A stretch of DNA of 64,000 nucleotides from Gammaproteobacteria bacterium (lineage in GTDB: Bacteria; Pseudomonadota; Gammaproteobacteria; Eutrophobiales; Eutrophobiaceae). The stretch lies in contig OZ220696.1 of assembly GCA_965116495.1 (NCBI GenBank), positions 3,392,001-3,456,000 of the forward strand, in the 5' to 3' direction. Positions 1-10,275 of the stretch are shown here, piece after piece. A program made the position numbers and the translations under genes. A model generated the notes under the pieces. It saw nothing but the letters and a program-made list of their open reading frames with translations. It ran no database searches and was not told the origin of the DNA. Position 1 is the stretch's first letter, and each line of letters begins with the position of its first letter.

Positions 1-86
1 ATTCCGGCGAACGCCCGAAGCCAGTACAATAACCGCCTCGAACCAACTGTCATTCCTGCGAAAGCAGGAATCCAGTACAATAACCG
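1..86. repeat. Tandem copies of REP-like palindrome GTCATTCC-N-GGAATCCAG
   Basis: Partial copy at 1-24 and gtcattcctgcgaaagcaggaatccag at 49-75, each followed by tacaataaccg. Confidence 0.8.
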
Positions 87-112
87 TCTCGAACAGACAC
101 ATTATTTCACTC

Positions 113-916
113 ATGATCAAAGCAGCAATATGCGGCGCCGCGGGGCGCATGGGAAAAACCATCCTGGAAGTTATCGGCGAGGCCGACGGCATCGCGGCCG
201 GTGCAGCAATAGAACAAAGCAGTTCACCGGCGCTGGGCCTTGATGCAGGCGCACAAGCTGGCATCGGCACGCTGGGTGTCAGCGTAACCGATGATCTCGA
301 AGCCATCATGGACGACTTCGACGTATTGATAGACTTCACCCGGGCCGACGCCGTGCTGGAAAACCTGGAACGCTGCCGCGCCGGTGGCAAAAAAGTAGTC
401 ATAGGCACCACCGGCCTGTCCGCCGACCAACAGCAGACACTACGGGCCGCGAGCGAGGAGATCGCCATCGTGTTTGCCCCCAACATGAGCGTAGGTGTCA
501 ACCTGTGTTTCAAACTGGCGGAACTGGCTGCACAAGTAGTCGGCAACAGCACTGATATCGAAATCATCGAAGCACACCACAACCGCAAGATCGATGCTCC
601 CTCAGGCACCGCGGTACGCCTGGGCGAAATCGTGGCCGAAACCCTGGGCCGTGACCTGGAAGAATGTGCAGTATACGGCCGCCAGGGCGTGACCGGCCCG
701 CGCGCGCGCAAGACCATCGGCTTCGAAACCATCCGCGCCGGCGACATCGTCGGCGAACACACCCTCATGTTCGCCGGCGCCGGCGAGCGAGTGGAAATCA
801 GACACGTCGCCACCAGCCGCAAAACCTTCGCCACCGGCGCAGTACGCGCCGCGCAGTGGATCATGGACAAGGAAACCGGGTTGTATAGCATGCAGGACGT
901 GCTGGGGTTGAGTTGA
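113..916 (+). CDS. dapB: 4-hydroxy-tetrahydrodipicolinate reductase
   Basis: [21 protein letters not shown] and [15 protein letters not shown] motifs. Confidence 0.97.
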   Translation: MIKAAICGAAGRMGKTILEVIGEADGIAAGAAIEQSSSPALGLDAGAQAGIGTLGVSVTDDLEAIMDDFDVLIDFTRADAVLENLERCRAGGKKVVIGTTGLSADQQQTLRAASEEIAIVFAPNMSVGVNLCFKLAELAAQVVGNSTDIEIIEAHHNRKIDAPSGTAVRLGEIVAETLGRDLEECAVYGRQGVTGPRARKTIGFETIRAGDIVGEHTLMFAGAGERVEIRHVATSRKTFATGAVRAAQWIMDKETGLYSMQDVLGLS

Positions 917-1398
917 TCATGCCGGCGGAAGCTCTATTTGAATCAGGCAAGCAGGTGATTCTTCCGGAATGGATCGATTACAACGGCCACTTGAACGTGT
1001 CCTATTACGTCCTGGTGTTTGACCGTGCCACGGATAAATTTTTCGATTTCATGGGCCTGACTGCTGATTTCAGGACTGCCGGCGACGTATCAGCTTTCGT
1101 TGTGGAAATGCACATCAACTACATCCGGGAGGTGAAGGAAGGCGACGAAGTATACGTTACCACCCAGTTATTGGATTACGATGCAAAACGCTTCCATTAT
1201 TTCCACCGCATGTACCACGCCGAACAGAACTATCTCGCCGCAACCAGTGAAATGTTGTGCCTGTACATGGACATGAACCAGCGACGTGTCACGCAAATGC
1301 CGACCCCCATCCAGAACCGTCTCGCCGTAATCAAGCAAAGCCACGCCAAATTGCCGTTGCCCGAACAGGTCGGCAGGGTGATAAAGGTGAAGCGGTAG
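913..1398 (+). CDS. Thioesterase family (hotdog fold) protein
   Basis: [13 protein letters not shown] motif typical of 4HBT-like thioesterases. Confidence 0.85.
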   Translation: MIMPAEALFESGKQVILPEWIDYNGHLNVSYYVLVFDRATDKFFDFMGLTADFRTAGDVSAFVVEMHINYIREVKEGDEVYVTTQLLDYDAKRFHYFHRMYHAEQNYLAATSEMLCLYMDMNQRRVTQMPTPIQNRLAVIKQSHAKLPLPEQVGRVIKVKR

Positions 1399-1421
1399 AG
1401 CGTTCTAACCCTAAAATACAA

Positions 1422-1835
1422 CTAACATCCCATAGCCCTTGCATGACCGGATAATGCGTAATTCAGGATTTGCCGGTCCCGCGTGACCAGGGAATAATCA
1501 TACTCCCGAGCAGTTGCAATCAGAATCCTATCAGCCGGGTCGGCTGGTGGCTCTCCCGGGAGAGTTGCTGAAGCAATGAGAACGGATGGTGACAGGTCCG
1601 TCAGGGTTACTCCCGGTAAACCGCATAACCTCCTGAACCAGACTTCCGGCCTGAGTGTCAACAGGATTCTCTTCTTTGCTGAAAGTGTTGCTATTTCCCA
1701 TGCTGTAATGGGAGAAACAACAAGCTGCTCGTTACGCTCCAGCGCCCGGGGTAATTCTGTCGCGGCCGGGTCTTGCAACGGAGCACCCTCCATCAGCCAG
1801 ATAGCCGCACAGGTATCAAGCAGGTGATCCGACAT
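1422..1835 (-). CDS. vapC: PIN-domain VapC toxin
   Basis: LLDTCA, SPITAWEI, DPADRILIATA, LVTRD. Confidence 0.9.
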   Translation of the reverse strand: MSDHLLDTCAAIWLMEGAPLQDPAATELPRALERNEQLVVSPITAWEIATLSAKKRILLTLRPEVWFRRLCGLPGVTLTDLSPSVLIASATLPGEPPADPADRILIATAREYDYSLVTRDRQILNYALSGHARAMGC

Positions 1836-1847
1836 TTCCGGCTATTA

Positions 1848-2249
1848 CTATAGCTGTGCGTTCCATTTCTCTCCAGTCGGCTCAGTCAGGTCAACACCTG
1901 GCGCAATCGTAACTGTACCCTTGAGCGCGCCGAATATACGAGAAAATATACTTGCATTCTCATCCTTTTCAGCCCGCCTGGCATCGCTCATCACAAGTTC
2001 ATTCGTGAACGCTTTTCTGAAGACAAGTTTACGCCCTGCCATATCCACGTCCGACGTTTTATATCCTGCACTGAGCCATGCGTCAGCATTGACATGGTTT
2101 GAAGAATTGTTAGACCACCAGGGACGGTATTGATAAGCCGAGCGCGGCAAGTTATTTCCGATCACTTCTTCAACTTCTGTAAATGTCATCGGTATATATT
2201 CCATGCCGGCAGAAGACAGGTAATCGGTTAAAGGTGCATATTTTGACAT
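1848..2249 (-). CDS. Putative antitoxin with atypical N-terminal domain
   Basis: Directly upstream of vapC; C-terminus FGALKGTVTIAPGVDLTEP..W resembles PIN-neutralising antitoxin tails. Confidence 0.6.
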   Translation of the reverse strand: MSKYAPLTDYLSSAGMEYIPMTFTEVEEVIGNNLPRSAYQYRPWWSNNSSNHVNADAWLSAGYKTSDVDMAGRKLVFRKAFTNELVMSDARRAEKDENASIFSRIFGALKGTVTIAPGVDLTEPTGEKWNAQL

Positions 2250-2262
2250 GGCTCAAACTCCT

Positions 2263-2314
2263 AATAGTTAGTACATGTAATACACATACTATAAAAATAG
2301 TTAGTACATGTCAA
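2263..2314 (-). promoter_or_regulatory. Sigma70-like promoter with 16-bp direct-repeat operator
   Basis: Minus strand TTGACA (2309-2314), 17-bp spacer, TAGTAT (2286-2291); aatagttagtacatgt at 2263-2278 and 2296-2311. Confidence 0.65.
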
Positions 2315-2466
2315 TGGGTTTTTTTATCCAAAATATGTTTCCAGCTATCAGGTTTATCATAAGGGCGCAAATTAGAGGCGCCCGCGCAGCATCCATGAAA
2401 GATATTAGCGATGTTCCTATAACTTGGTGCTTGCTTCCTTTGCTATAAGCTTAAATTTTACGGTAT

Positions 2467-2805
2467 ATGAGGTTGTCTGGATTATGTCCCGGACTATCTA
2501 TTTGTTTACAACACCTCCAGATTGATGCCAACAGGGGAGACGCACAGGTCACCTGGGGTGGTGGGAGTCAGAGCATTACGCTGACCAGCATTGAGCACCT
2601 TATCGGCAGCAGCTATAACGACATACTGGCCGGGGACGTGATCGACTTGAGCGGATTTTCCGGCATCAGTTCCACGAACGATCTTGATATTGACAGTTTC
2701 GGGAAGAATGTGCGCATAGAGTTGTCAGGCACTGATTATCTGACCACCATCATCCTGACGGATTTCAACAGCGCCAACCTGGATAATTCTGACTTCATGT
2801 TTTAG
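2467..2805 (+). pseudogene. Fragment of RTX/hemolysin-type calcium-binding protein
   Basis: SIEHLIGSSYNDILAGD and DVIDLSG segments plus a T1SS-like C-terminus (LDNSDFMF); too short for an intact RTX protein. Confidence 0.55.
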
Positions 2806-2879
2806 TCAGTTCCGGGGTGAGGTTGACATTTCAATGTTTACAAAGGGGTATAAAGATGGAAGGGTTAGCATTTCTTTTT

Positions 2880-2899
2880 GTTATAATCTACGTTATAAC
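2880..2899 (+). promoter_or_regulatory. Palindromic operator overlapping -10 of the abrB-doc operon
   Basis: gttataa-tctacg-ttataac containing TATAAT, 20 bp upstream of the antitoxin start. Confidence 0.55.
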
Positions 2900-2919
2900 T
2901 CAAACCCGAGGTTTTACCT

Positions 2920-3141
2920 ATGCGCCTGAAAGTCACCACAGTCGGGAACTCAACCGGCATTGTTCTACCCAAAGACCTGCTGGCAAAACTGCGAGTCGGT
3001 AAAGGCGATCCGCTTTACGCGGTCGAATTACCTGACGGCATCAAACTTACGCCATACGATGAAGGATTCGAACGCCACATGGAGGTTGCAGAAGATATCA
3101 TGCGCAAGCGCCGCAATCTTCTGCGCGAACTGGCTAAATGA
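2920..3141 (+). CDS. AbrB/MazE/SpoVT-family antitoxin
   Basis: KVTTVGNSTGIVLPK motif; ATGA overlap with doc. Confidence 0.9.
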   Translation: MRLKVTTVGNSTGIVLPKDLLAKLRVGKGDPLYAVELPDGIKLTPYDEGFERHMEVAEDIMRKRRNLLRELAK

Positions 3142-3536
3142 ATCAAGAACCGGTCGGGATAACTGAAGAGCTTACCATTGCCGTACATGCAAGACAGATT
3201 TCCGAGCACGGTGGTGGCAGCGGTATAAGGGATAAGTCACTTCTGCAATCCGCCCTTGCCAGGCCCCAACAACTTTACGCGTATGGTGACCCCTTCCCTG
3301 ATACGGCATCTCTGGCTGCGTCGCTGGCTTATGGAGTCGCGAAGAATCATCCTTTCGTCGATGGCAATAAACGCACGGCTGCAGTTCTGTGCGAGCTTTT
3401 TATTGTGGTTAACGGCAGCAATCTTGCGGCAAGTGACGAGGAGATGTTAGGTATTTTTCTTTCCCTTGCCGAAGGCAGCATGAGTGAGAGTGAATTGGCC
3501 GGTTGGATCAGATCAAACCTGGCGCCGGCTTGCTGA
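3138..3536 (+). CDS. doc: Death-on-curing (Fic/Doc) toxin
   Basis: HPFVDGNKRTA motif. Confidence 0.93.
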   Translation: MNQEPVGITEELTIAVHARQISEHGGGSGIRDKSLLQSALARPQQLYAYGDPFPDTASLAASLAYGVAKNHPFVDGNKRTAAVLCELFIVVNGSNLAASDEEMLGIFLSLAEGSMSESELAGWIRSNLAPAC

Positions 3537-6500
3537 TGTAACCGGTTGGGTTACGGCGGCGGGTGAGCAGGTTTTCGGTTTCCCAGTGGGTGGTGGGGTC
3601 TGTATCGGAGAGGAATGTGGTGACGCCGTTCAGTTGTTTGGCAACCGGCAGGCCGTTCTTGAACAGGATCCGGTTGGTATGCAGCGCCGGGACGCGTTCG
3701 CCGGGTAGCAGGATGCCGACCAGGTTCAGTGGGTCGGTGGCGGAGATGACCACGGGGGGCAGGTCCCCGGCTTCCTTTTTCTGTTTCCGCAGCAGCGCCA
3801 GCGCTTCCGGCCGGGCGAATTGTTCGCCTGAGCAGCCTTCCACGAAGTAGCCGCCGCGGATCTCGCCGCGTGCTTCCATGCGCCGGCACACGTAGAGCAG
3901 TTCCCGCCACGGGGGCAGGTCGGATTCCCGTTCCAGCACTTTGCGAAACAGGACGCCGTAGCGTTTGAGCAGGGTATCGACTACCGCGTTGAGTGTGGTT
4001 TCGTCTGTGCTTGGCCAGGCATTTGTGGCCGGCGGTTCGGTGTCCATCGGCTCGATTGCCGACCAGCGACCGGCGGCGTCCACGCTGTTCATGACGGACG
4101 TCCTCCTGCGCCGGCGCTGCCCCTGCCCATAGCCGGGCCGTCTGTTTGCCGGCGTAATCAGCGCCCGCAATCCTGCGTAACTGTCGGAAGTGACCGCGCC
4201 GCAGGCGGCCAGCTCTGCCAGGGCAGTCTCTACCTGGGTGCGTAACAGACCGGTGTTACGCACCAGATCGGTAAAAAACGACGCGCCCTGGTGGTGCAGG
4301 ATGTCCAGGATCTTCCCAGCACCGGGCGACAGCTTCCGTTCCCCCGTCTCCCCGGAGGTTTGCAGTGTTTGCCAAAGCGCCAGGTTTTCCCGGGCCAGCA
4401 ATGCGATAGGTGTGTTTCTGAGCAATACTGCCTTGCTGGCGGGGGCCTCATCCCCTCTGGACTTGTGTCTGTTGCCGGGCAAACGGGTCCACACGATGCG
4501 GCCGCTGCTGCACAGCCAGTCCAGGGACGCACTGGAGTAGTCGCTCAAGCGGGCCGGCAGGATGTCTTGCTCCCACGCGGCCGCGGGAATGGGGAATCCC
4601 TCCAGTTTTTCCAGCACCGCCGGTAGCGCGCCGGCTCCCTCGGGCCGGATGTCACCCATGCCGTGCCAGTCAAACAGGAAGCGCATGTAGTCGGCGACTG
4701 TCACCGGCTGGATTTCCTGCCGTAAGGATTGAATGGTGTAGCGGTGCATGCGCGCGAGCAGGCCGCGTTCACACCATTCCGTTTCAGTTGCATCCGGGCT
4801 GAACTGCCCTTGCATGGCATAGCCCTCGTTCTGTAACGCCAGCAGCGCGACACTGATCTCCGTGGCGCCGGCTTCAAATAACTCGGCCAACATTGCCTCC
4901 GTTACGGGGCCGTAGCATTCGAGCCGGGCGCGGATGAGTTCGATGAGGGCGGTGTCTTTGGTCCAGTTCGCTGTATAAGGGGCCACCGCAGCTTGCCCCA
5001 GCATGTCGTTAGCCGGGGGTGGCGTGTTATCTGACTGGATTCCCGCATGCGCGGGAATGACGGTGGGGGGTGCGGGAATGACGGTGGGGGGTGCGGGAAG
5101 GACGTGAGTAGCGGCATTTGTGTATACGGCTTCAACCTGGGGCAGGCGTTCGGCGCAGGTCCACAGGGTCTGCTTTTCCTTGTGCAGGACAGTTGCGCGC
5201 CCATCCTCCGCAAGCCCTGTCAGCCAGGCGCGGCCGTCCGTCGCCGCCGGATTGGCGCCGCAACCTTCCCGTTCGGTCATGACGCCGGTGAGCATCAGTG
5301 CATCGTGCAGTTCGTCGGCATTGGTAACGGCAGGCCAGGCCTCACTACGCACCCGCTCGATGGCAGTGGGACTCAACCGGGCCAACTGCGCGGCGTCGGC
5401 AGGGTCCAGGAAGCGTCTGGCAATGACTGCATTGGTGCGGCGTTCTTCCGCGGGAGCGTCATCCAGGAACGCATAAGGGCGCGCGTTCAGAATCTCCTGT
5501 GCCAGGGGAGAGGGGCCACCCAGGTCGCGGCAATGGAAGTGAATACGCCCCGCTTCGAAGTCACGCAATACCTGCTCCAGCCCGGCAATGTCCATCAGCT
5601 CATGCAGGCAATCGTTGACTGTCTGCTCCACCAGCGGATGCTGTGGTATCTCCCTTTCCCCGGTGAGGTTATCCTGGCAGGCAAGCTGGTCGGGGAAGAC
5701 CACTGCCATCAGGTCTTCCGCGTCGCTGCGCTGGAACTGTGCAGGCACTTTCTGCCCGCCGTTAGTGCGCCTGACGGCCAGGGCGGTGCTGGCGTTCCAG
5801 CGCCAATGAGTGGGAAACATGGGCGTGGCCAGCAGCGCCTGGGTCACCGCGTCCCGGACGTTGGCAGAGTGCAGGTAGCGGGTAACGTCCTCCAGGGGAA
5901 AACTGTGGATCGCGCCCAGGGAGATGACGATGCTGTCATCCAGGGCCGCGGCCTGCAATTCAAAATTGAACTGGCGGCAGAAGCGTTTGCGCAGGCCCAG
6001 GCCCCAGGCGCGGTTGACGCGGGAACCGTAGGGGCTGTGCACGACCAGGTGCTGGTCGCCGGCCTCGTCAAAAAAGCGTTCAAACACGATATCCTGCCGG
6101 GTCGGGAGGCGCCCCAGGGCGGCGCGGGCGCCGGCCAGGTGGTCGGTCAACTGGCGCGCAGCCGACTCGCCAAACTGCAACTTGTCAACCAGCCAACGGC
6201 AGGCGGCATCCGTGCCGCGGGCCAGCTTTGCATCCATGAGGCCGCGCAGTTGTGAGACCGAGTGGCTGAGTTCATCCGAACGTCCCGGCGCTTCACCGAA
6301 CCAGAACGGAATATTGGGAGGCTGGCCCTGGGCGTCCGCGACCCGTACCTTGCTCTGTTCCACCTTGAGGATACGATACGAGGTATTGCCCAGTTGGAAG
6401 ATATCGCCGGGCAGGCTTTCAAAGGCGAAGTCTTCGTTCAGGGTCCCGACAAAATGCCCTTCCGGTTCCAGCACCACGTCATAATCGAACTGGTCCGGTA

Positions 6501-7992
6501 TCACCCCGCCGTTGGTAATAGCAGTCAACCTTGCGCCTTTCCTGGGCCGGATGCGCTTGTTCACTGTGTCATGGTGTAGATAACGACTGCGCCGGCCGCG
6601 CCGGGTTGAAAAGCCCTGCGCCAGCATGTCCAGCACCTCCGTGAATTTCTGCCGGGTCAAGTTCCGGTACGGGTAAGCCCGCGTCAGTTGCCGGAACAAC
6701 TCGTCTTCCTGCAATCCCTGCTCCTGCAATTCCGGGCTGGCCGCCTCGGCGATCAGTTGCTGGGCGAGCACGTCCAGGTGCCCCTCGGCAATGCTGATCC
6801 GGTCCAGTTCAGCGCGCCGTACCGCATCCAGCAGCGCTGCACATTCCACCAGGTCGTCCCGGCTCAGGGGGAACAGGCGGCCCTTGGGGGTCGCGCCCAG
6901 GTGGTGGCCGGAGCGTCCCACCCGTTGCAGGAACACGGCAATGGAGCGGGGTGACCCCAGTTGGCAGACCAGGTCCACGTCCCCTATATCGATGCCCAGT
7001 TCCAGTGACGCGGTCGCCACCAAAGCCTTGAGTTCCCCCCGTTTCAGGCGTTGTTCCGCGTTCAGGCGGTGCTCTTTTGCCAGGCTGCCGTGATGGGCGG
7101 TAACGTTTTCTTCACCGACAAGCTCCGCCAGTGCGCGCGCGGCCCGTTCTGCCAGGCGGCGGGTGTTGACGAAGATCAGCGTGGTTTTATGCTGCTCGAT
7201 CAGTTCAGCCAGTTGCCGGTACAGCTCCTGCCACACCTCTCCGGCCATCACCGCTTCCAGGGGAGATTCAGTAAGCGCCAGCGCGATGTCGATTTGTCTG
7301 GCGTGCCCGCGATCCAGGATGTTGCAATGATTCTGCCGGTTCCCGACCAGGAACCGGGCAATCGCGTCAATGGGGCGTTGCGTGGCGGACAGGCCGATGC
7401 GCACGGGAGTGTGCGCAGTCAACGCGTCCAACCGTTCCAGCGATAATGCCAGGTGCGCGCCGCGCTTGTTCGGGGCCAGCGCATGGATCTCGTCAATGAT
7501 TACAGTGCGCACGGTTTGCAGCATGTTCCTGCCGGAACTGCTGGTGAGCAGTATATAGAGGGATTCCGGGGTAGTGACCAGGATATGGGGCGGTACCCGC
7601 CGCATCTGCTCACGCGCCGTTTGTGACGTATCGCCGGTGCGCACCTGGGCGCGCACGTCCACCTCAGGCAATCCTTGCGCCTGCAGCATGTCCCGGATAC
7701 CCTGCAAGGGCCCCTGCAGGTTCTTCTGTATGTCATTGGACAGGGCCTTCAGAGGGGAGACGTACAGGACCGACGTTGCATCTGCCAATGTGCCGGCCAG
7801 GGCTGCCCGTACCAGGTCGTCGATCGCCGCGAGGAATGCGGCCAACGTCTTGCCACTACCAGTCGGCGCCGCGATCAGGGTATGACTACCCTGTTTGATC
7901 GCCGGCCAGGCATCTTCCTGCACCGGTGTGGGGCTGTCAAAGGTACTACGGAACCAAGCCGAGGTAACCGGGTGAAATATATCGGTTGACAT
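3508..7992 (-). CDS. lhr: Lhr-family ATP-dependent helicase (long form)
   Basis: APTGSGKT, DEIH, LSAT, LELGIDIG, QRVGRSGH and C-terminal GEIRGGYFV..SGEQFA region. Confidence 0.93.
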   Translation of the reverse strand: MSTDIFHPVTSAWFRSTFDSPTPVQEDAWPAIKQGSHTLIAAPTGSGKTLAAFLAAIDDLVRAALAGTLADATSVLYVSPLKALSNDIQKNLQGPLQGIRDMLQAQGLPEVDVRAQVRTGDTSQTAREQMRRVPPHILVTTPESLYILLTSSSGRNMLQTVRTVIIDEIHALAPNKRGAHLALSLERLDALTAHTPVRIGLSATQRPIDAIARFLVGNRQNHCNILDRGHARQIDIALALTESPLEAVMAGEVWQELYRQLAELIEQHKTTLIFVNTRRLAERAARALAELVGEENVTAHHGSLAKEHRLNAEQRLKRGELKALVATASLELGIDIGDVDLVCQLGSPRSIAVFLQRVGRSGHHLGATPKGRLFPLSRDDLVECAALLDAVRRAELDRISIAEGHLDVLAQQLIAEAASPELQEQGLQEDELFRQLTRAYPYRNLTRQKFTEVLDMLAQGFSTRRGRRSRYLHHDTVNKRIRPRKGARLTAITNGGVIPDQFDYDVVLEPEGHFVGTLNEDFAFESLPGDIFQLGNTSYRILKVEQSKVRVADAQGQPPNIPFWFGEAPGRSDELSHSVSQLRGLMDAKLARGTDAACRWLVDKLQFGESAARQLTDHLAGARAALGRLPTRQDIVFERFFDEAGDQHLVVHSPYGSRVNRAWGLGLRKRFCRQFNFELQAAALDDSIVISLGAIHSFPLEDVTRYLHSANVRDAVTQALLATPMFPTHWRWNASTALAVRRTNGGQKVPAQFQRSDAEDLMAVVFPDQLACQDNLTGEREIPQHPLVEQTVNDCLHELMDIAGLEQVLRDFEAGRIHFHCRDLGGPSPLAQEILNARPYAFLDDAPAEERRTNAVIARRFLDPADAAQLARLSPTAIERVRSEAWPAVTNADELHDALMLTGVMTEREGCGANPAATDGRAWLTGLAEDGRATVLHKEKQTLWTCAERLPQVEAVYTNAATHVLPAPPTVIPAPPTVIPAHAGIQSDNTPPPANDMLGQAAVAPYTANWTKDTALIELIRARLECYGPVTEAMLAELFEAGATEISVALLALQNEGYAMQGQFSPDATETEWCERGLLARMHRYTIQSLRQEIQPVTVADYMRFLFDWHGMGDIRPEGAGALPAVLEKLEGFPIPAAAWEQDILPARLSDYSSASLDWLCSSGRIVWTRLPGNRHKSRGDEAPASKAVLLRNTPIALLARENLALWQTLQTSGETGERKLSPGAGKILDILHHQGASFFTDLVRNTGLLRTQVETALAELAACGAVTSDSYAGLRALITPANRRPGYGQGQRRRRRTSVMNSVDAAGRWSAIEPMDTEPPATNAWPSTDETTLNAVVDTLLKRYGVLFRKVLERESDLPPWRELLYVCRRMEARGEIRGGYFVEGCSGEQFARPEALALLRKQKKEAGDLPPVVISATDPLNLVGILLPGERVPALHTNRILFKNGLPVAKQLNGVTTFLSDTDPTTHWETENLLTRRRNPTGYISKPAPGLI
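5035..5103 (-). repeat. REP-like element plus 21-bp tandem units inside lhr, in frame
   Basis: ctggattcccgcatgcgcgggaatgac followed by two ggtggggggtgcgggaa(t/g)gac units; encodes VLPAPPTVIPAPPTVIPAHAGIQ. Confidence 0.85.
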
Positions 7993-8047
7993 AGAAGGAC
8001 AGTTTATCTAAAAAGTTGGATGAATTGCAGTTAACCCGGATAAAGAT

Positions 8048-8449
8048 ATGAGTAAAGAATTACTGGTGCATGAGGGCGGTTGCCATTGCGGTGCGGTGCG
8101 CTTCGAGGTTAATGCTCCGGCGGCGGTCACCGTGCTGGACTGTAACTGCTCCATCTGCCGCATAAGCGGCCATGTCCACCTGCAAGTTCCGAAGTCACGC
8201 TTCCGCCTGCTACAAGGTGAGGACGCCCTGACTACCTACACCTTCAACACCGGCACGGCGCAACACTATTTTTGCAGCACCTGCGGCGTGAAGTCATTCT
8301 ACGTGCCGAGATCATTTCCGGAAGGCTACAGCGTCAACCTCAACTGCGTGGACAAGACACAAATCACCAACGTCACAGTCGAGAAGTTCGACGGTGACAA
8401 CTGGGAAGCGGCCTATGACCGGAAAAAGCACGCGCCGCGAAGTAGCTGA
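8048..8449 (+). CDS. GFA / CENP-V family zinc protein
   Basis: GGCHCGAVRF, CNCSIC, FCSTCG. Confidence 0.92.
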   Translation: MSKELLVHEGGCHCGAVRFEVNAPAAVTVLDCNCSICRISGHVHLQVPKSRFRLLQGEDALTTYTFNTGTAQHYFCSTCGVKSFYVPRSFPEGYSVNLNCVDKTQITNVTVEKFDGDNWEAAYDRKKHAPRSS

Positions 8450-8503
8450 ACACGCGAGCTTCTGATTGAGTCAGGCCCACGTAAAATCTCAAACCTGAAC
8501 CAA

Positions 8504-8929
8504 CTACGCAGCCCGGTCGGCGATAACAAGGCTTTGGCCAAGAACCCTGAGAGCCTTCTCAACCTGGCCTATATGGGAACGGTGGTCGAGATCAAGCAGC
8601 TTGCGGATCGCGCCTTCACTTAACCTAAGTCTCCGGGCGAGAGCGGTTTTTGTGATGCCCTGCGTGCGCATCGCCGAATACAGCGCCAGCTTGGCTGCAA
8701 CAATCAACGGTACGGAGATGAGTTCCTGACCTTTAATGAGAGGACTCGGTACAGGTATATCTTCACGAGCATAGGCGTACGCGCTCAACGCGGTTACTAA
8801 AGCATCTACAGCCGGGGTCAGCGCATCTCGCCTGTCAGTGCCACAGGTAAGAGCTTCGGGTATATCGGAAAAATAAACTGATACACCGTCTTCATCAGAT
8901 GCCAATTCGCAAGGATAAGCGTACTGCAT
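8504..8929 (-). CDS. hicB: HicB-family antitoxin with C-terminal HTH (no adjacent hicA)
   Basis: VYFSDIPEALTCG N-terminal region plus GITKTALARRL HTH; AGGAGG RBS before the ATG at 8929. Confidence 0.8.
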   Translation of the reverse strand: MQYAYPCELASDEDGVSVYFSDIPEALTCGTDRRDALTPAVDALVTALSAYAYAREDIPVPSPLIKGQELISVPLIVAAKLALYSAMRTQGITKTALARRLRLSEGAIRKLLDLDHRSHIGQVEKALRVLGQSLVIADRAA

Positions 8930-8971
8930 TAAAATTCCTCCTTCGTCTGTCAAGTGAAGAAAACTGTTTGG

Positions 8972-9598
8972 TCAAGTACTTGACATAGTAGGATGTAACT
9001 TCTTTTTCAGTTTTTCCAGGTCGGATGGGACGTCCAGATCGAATTCGGCTTCGGGGATGGGTAGCGTCCTGATCCTACCGGTGTTGTTTTTGAGGATGGA
9101 TTTTGCTCCCTCATCACCTTCCAGAGTCTGCACTTTCGGGTAAAATCCGGCAGGGATGACGGCCGGCGTACCGATGGTGTTGGCATAGCTACTAGCGATG
9201 ATTTCGGACGAGTTGGCAAGCCACAGGTAGAGCAGGCTGCGCAGGTGATCTTCAGTAACCAGCGCCTGGTCGCACAAGGTGACCAGCACGGCCCGACAAT
9301 CTAGTCTAACACTGTTCAGCCCCGCCTTGAGAGAGGATGCCAGCCCCTGTTGCCAGTCCTCGTTTAGAACCATCTTTACCGGTAGATCGCTCACAGCTTG
9401 TGCCACCGCCTCCGAGTTGGCGCCGACCACAACGATAATCCTGTCAGGAGGGAACAGGCTTGAGAGCTTGTCGACGGCAAGCCGCACCAGGCTGGAGCCG
9501 TTTATTTCGACCAGTTGTTTACACCGGCCATACCTGCTCGACCCGCCCGCGGCCAGGACCGTGGCAGTCACCCCAGTTATACGATGCTCGGCTATCAT
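8972..9598 (-). CDS. MocA/MobA-like nucleotidyltransferase
   Basis: VLAAGGSSRYGRCKQL, GLASSL, LCDQ, GDEGAK, DLDVPSD. Confidence 0.85.
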   Translation of the reverse strand: MIAEHRITGVTATVLAAGGSSRYGRCKQLVEINGSSLVRLAVDKLSSLFPPDRIIVVVGANSEAVAQAVSDLPVKMVLNEDWQQGLASSLKAGLNSVRLDCRAVLVTLCDQALVTEDHLRSLLYLWLANSSEIIASSYANTIGTPAVIPAGFYPKVQTLEGDEGAKSILKNNTGRIRTLPIPEAEFDLDVPSDLEKLKKKLHPTMSST

Positions 9599-9800
9599 GG
9601 GCCAGTTAAAGGATTGTTGATTAAGCGATGTTTAAGAGCGAGAAAATCATCCGTTTCCAACTCGTCATTGAGGGAATTGAGACAAGCAGGGTCGTAGCCT
9701 GGTTTTAGTCTCATAGGAACGATGGCTGGATAAAAGGCGGAACTGAGGCCACATTGACCGCTTCCAGAGGCTCTATTTCACCGCTGAAGGACGATTTCTG
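9595..9800 (-). pseudogene. Possible degraded antitoxin remnant
   Basis: Frameshifted PPFIQPSF / MRLKPGYDPACLNSLNDELETDDF resembles VapB-type C-termini; no toxin follows. Confidence 0.3.
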
Positions 9801-10244
9801 CATTATCTTGTTCCTGGAAAAGAAAACACTCTACCTACATAATAGCATTCACATCTCGCCATAGGACTATATAGACATGCCCGATATCCTTGCACCCTTA
9901 CCTTGTCTGGAATCCTACTAAATTTCAAACTTAGACACTACCTATTAACAGGAAACACATATAGGAAGACAAAGCCGGACAAGAACTGCGCCACTTAATA
10001 ATGCATCATCGCATACATTCAAGCTGAGATGTGTTATCAATTATCTTCATTCGAGGATTATATCCCTGATTATACAAAACTTTCATGATCAGAGTTCTGC
10101 ACACCCCGGCGTCTCCTGACATTCGCGCCTGGCTTCAGGACGGTGCGCGTTCGAGCGTGCTCTTTGATGTCGGCTTCCTCAAAAACCTGCAAAAACCAAT
10201 CGACACCCAACCCCTTGATTTAGTACACTGTACAACATTGGTAA

Positions 10245-10275
10245 GCGGGAGTAATCGGGAGATTGCTCCCGTTTT
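10245..10275 (+). terminator. Terminator-like hairpin in carA leader (possible attenuator)
   Basis: gcgggagtaatc-ggga-gattgctcccgt followed by a short T run, about 30 bp before carA. Confidence 0.5.

Noticed and set aside
5047-6255. 402-aa plus-strand ORF and other long antisense ORFs (e.g. 16535-17395, 21394-22302, 39089-39922, 49932-50807)
   Set aside because: Shadow frames opposite well-supported genes, with no recognisable motifs.
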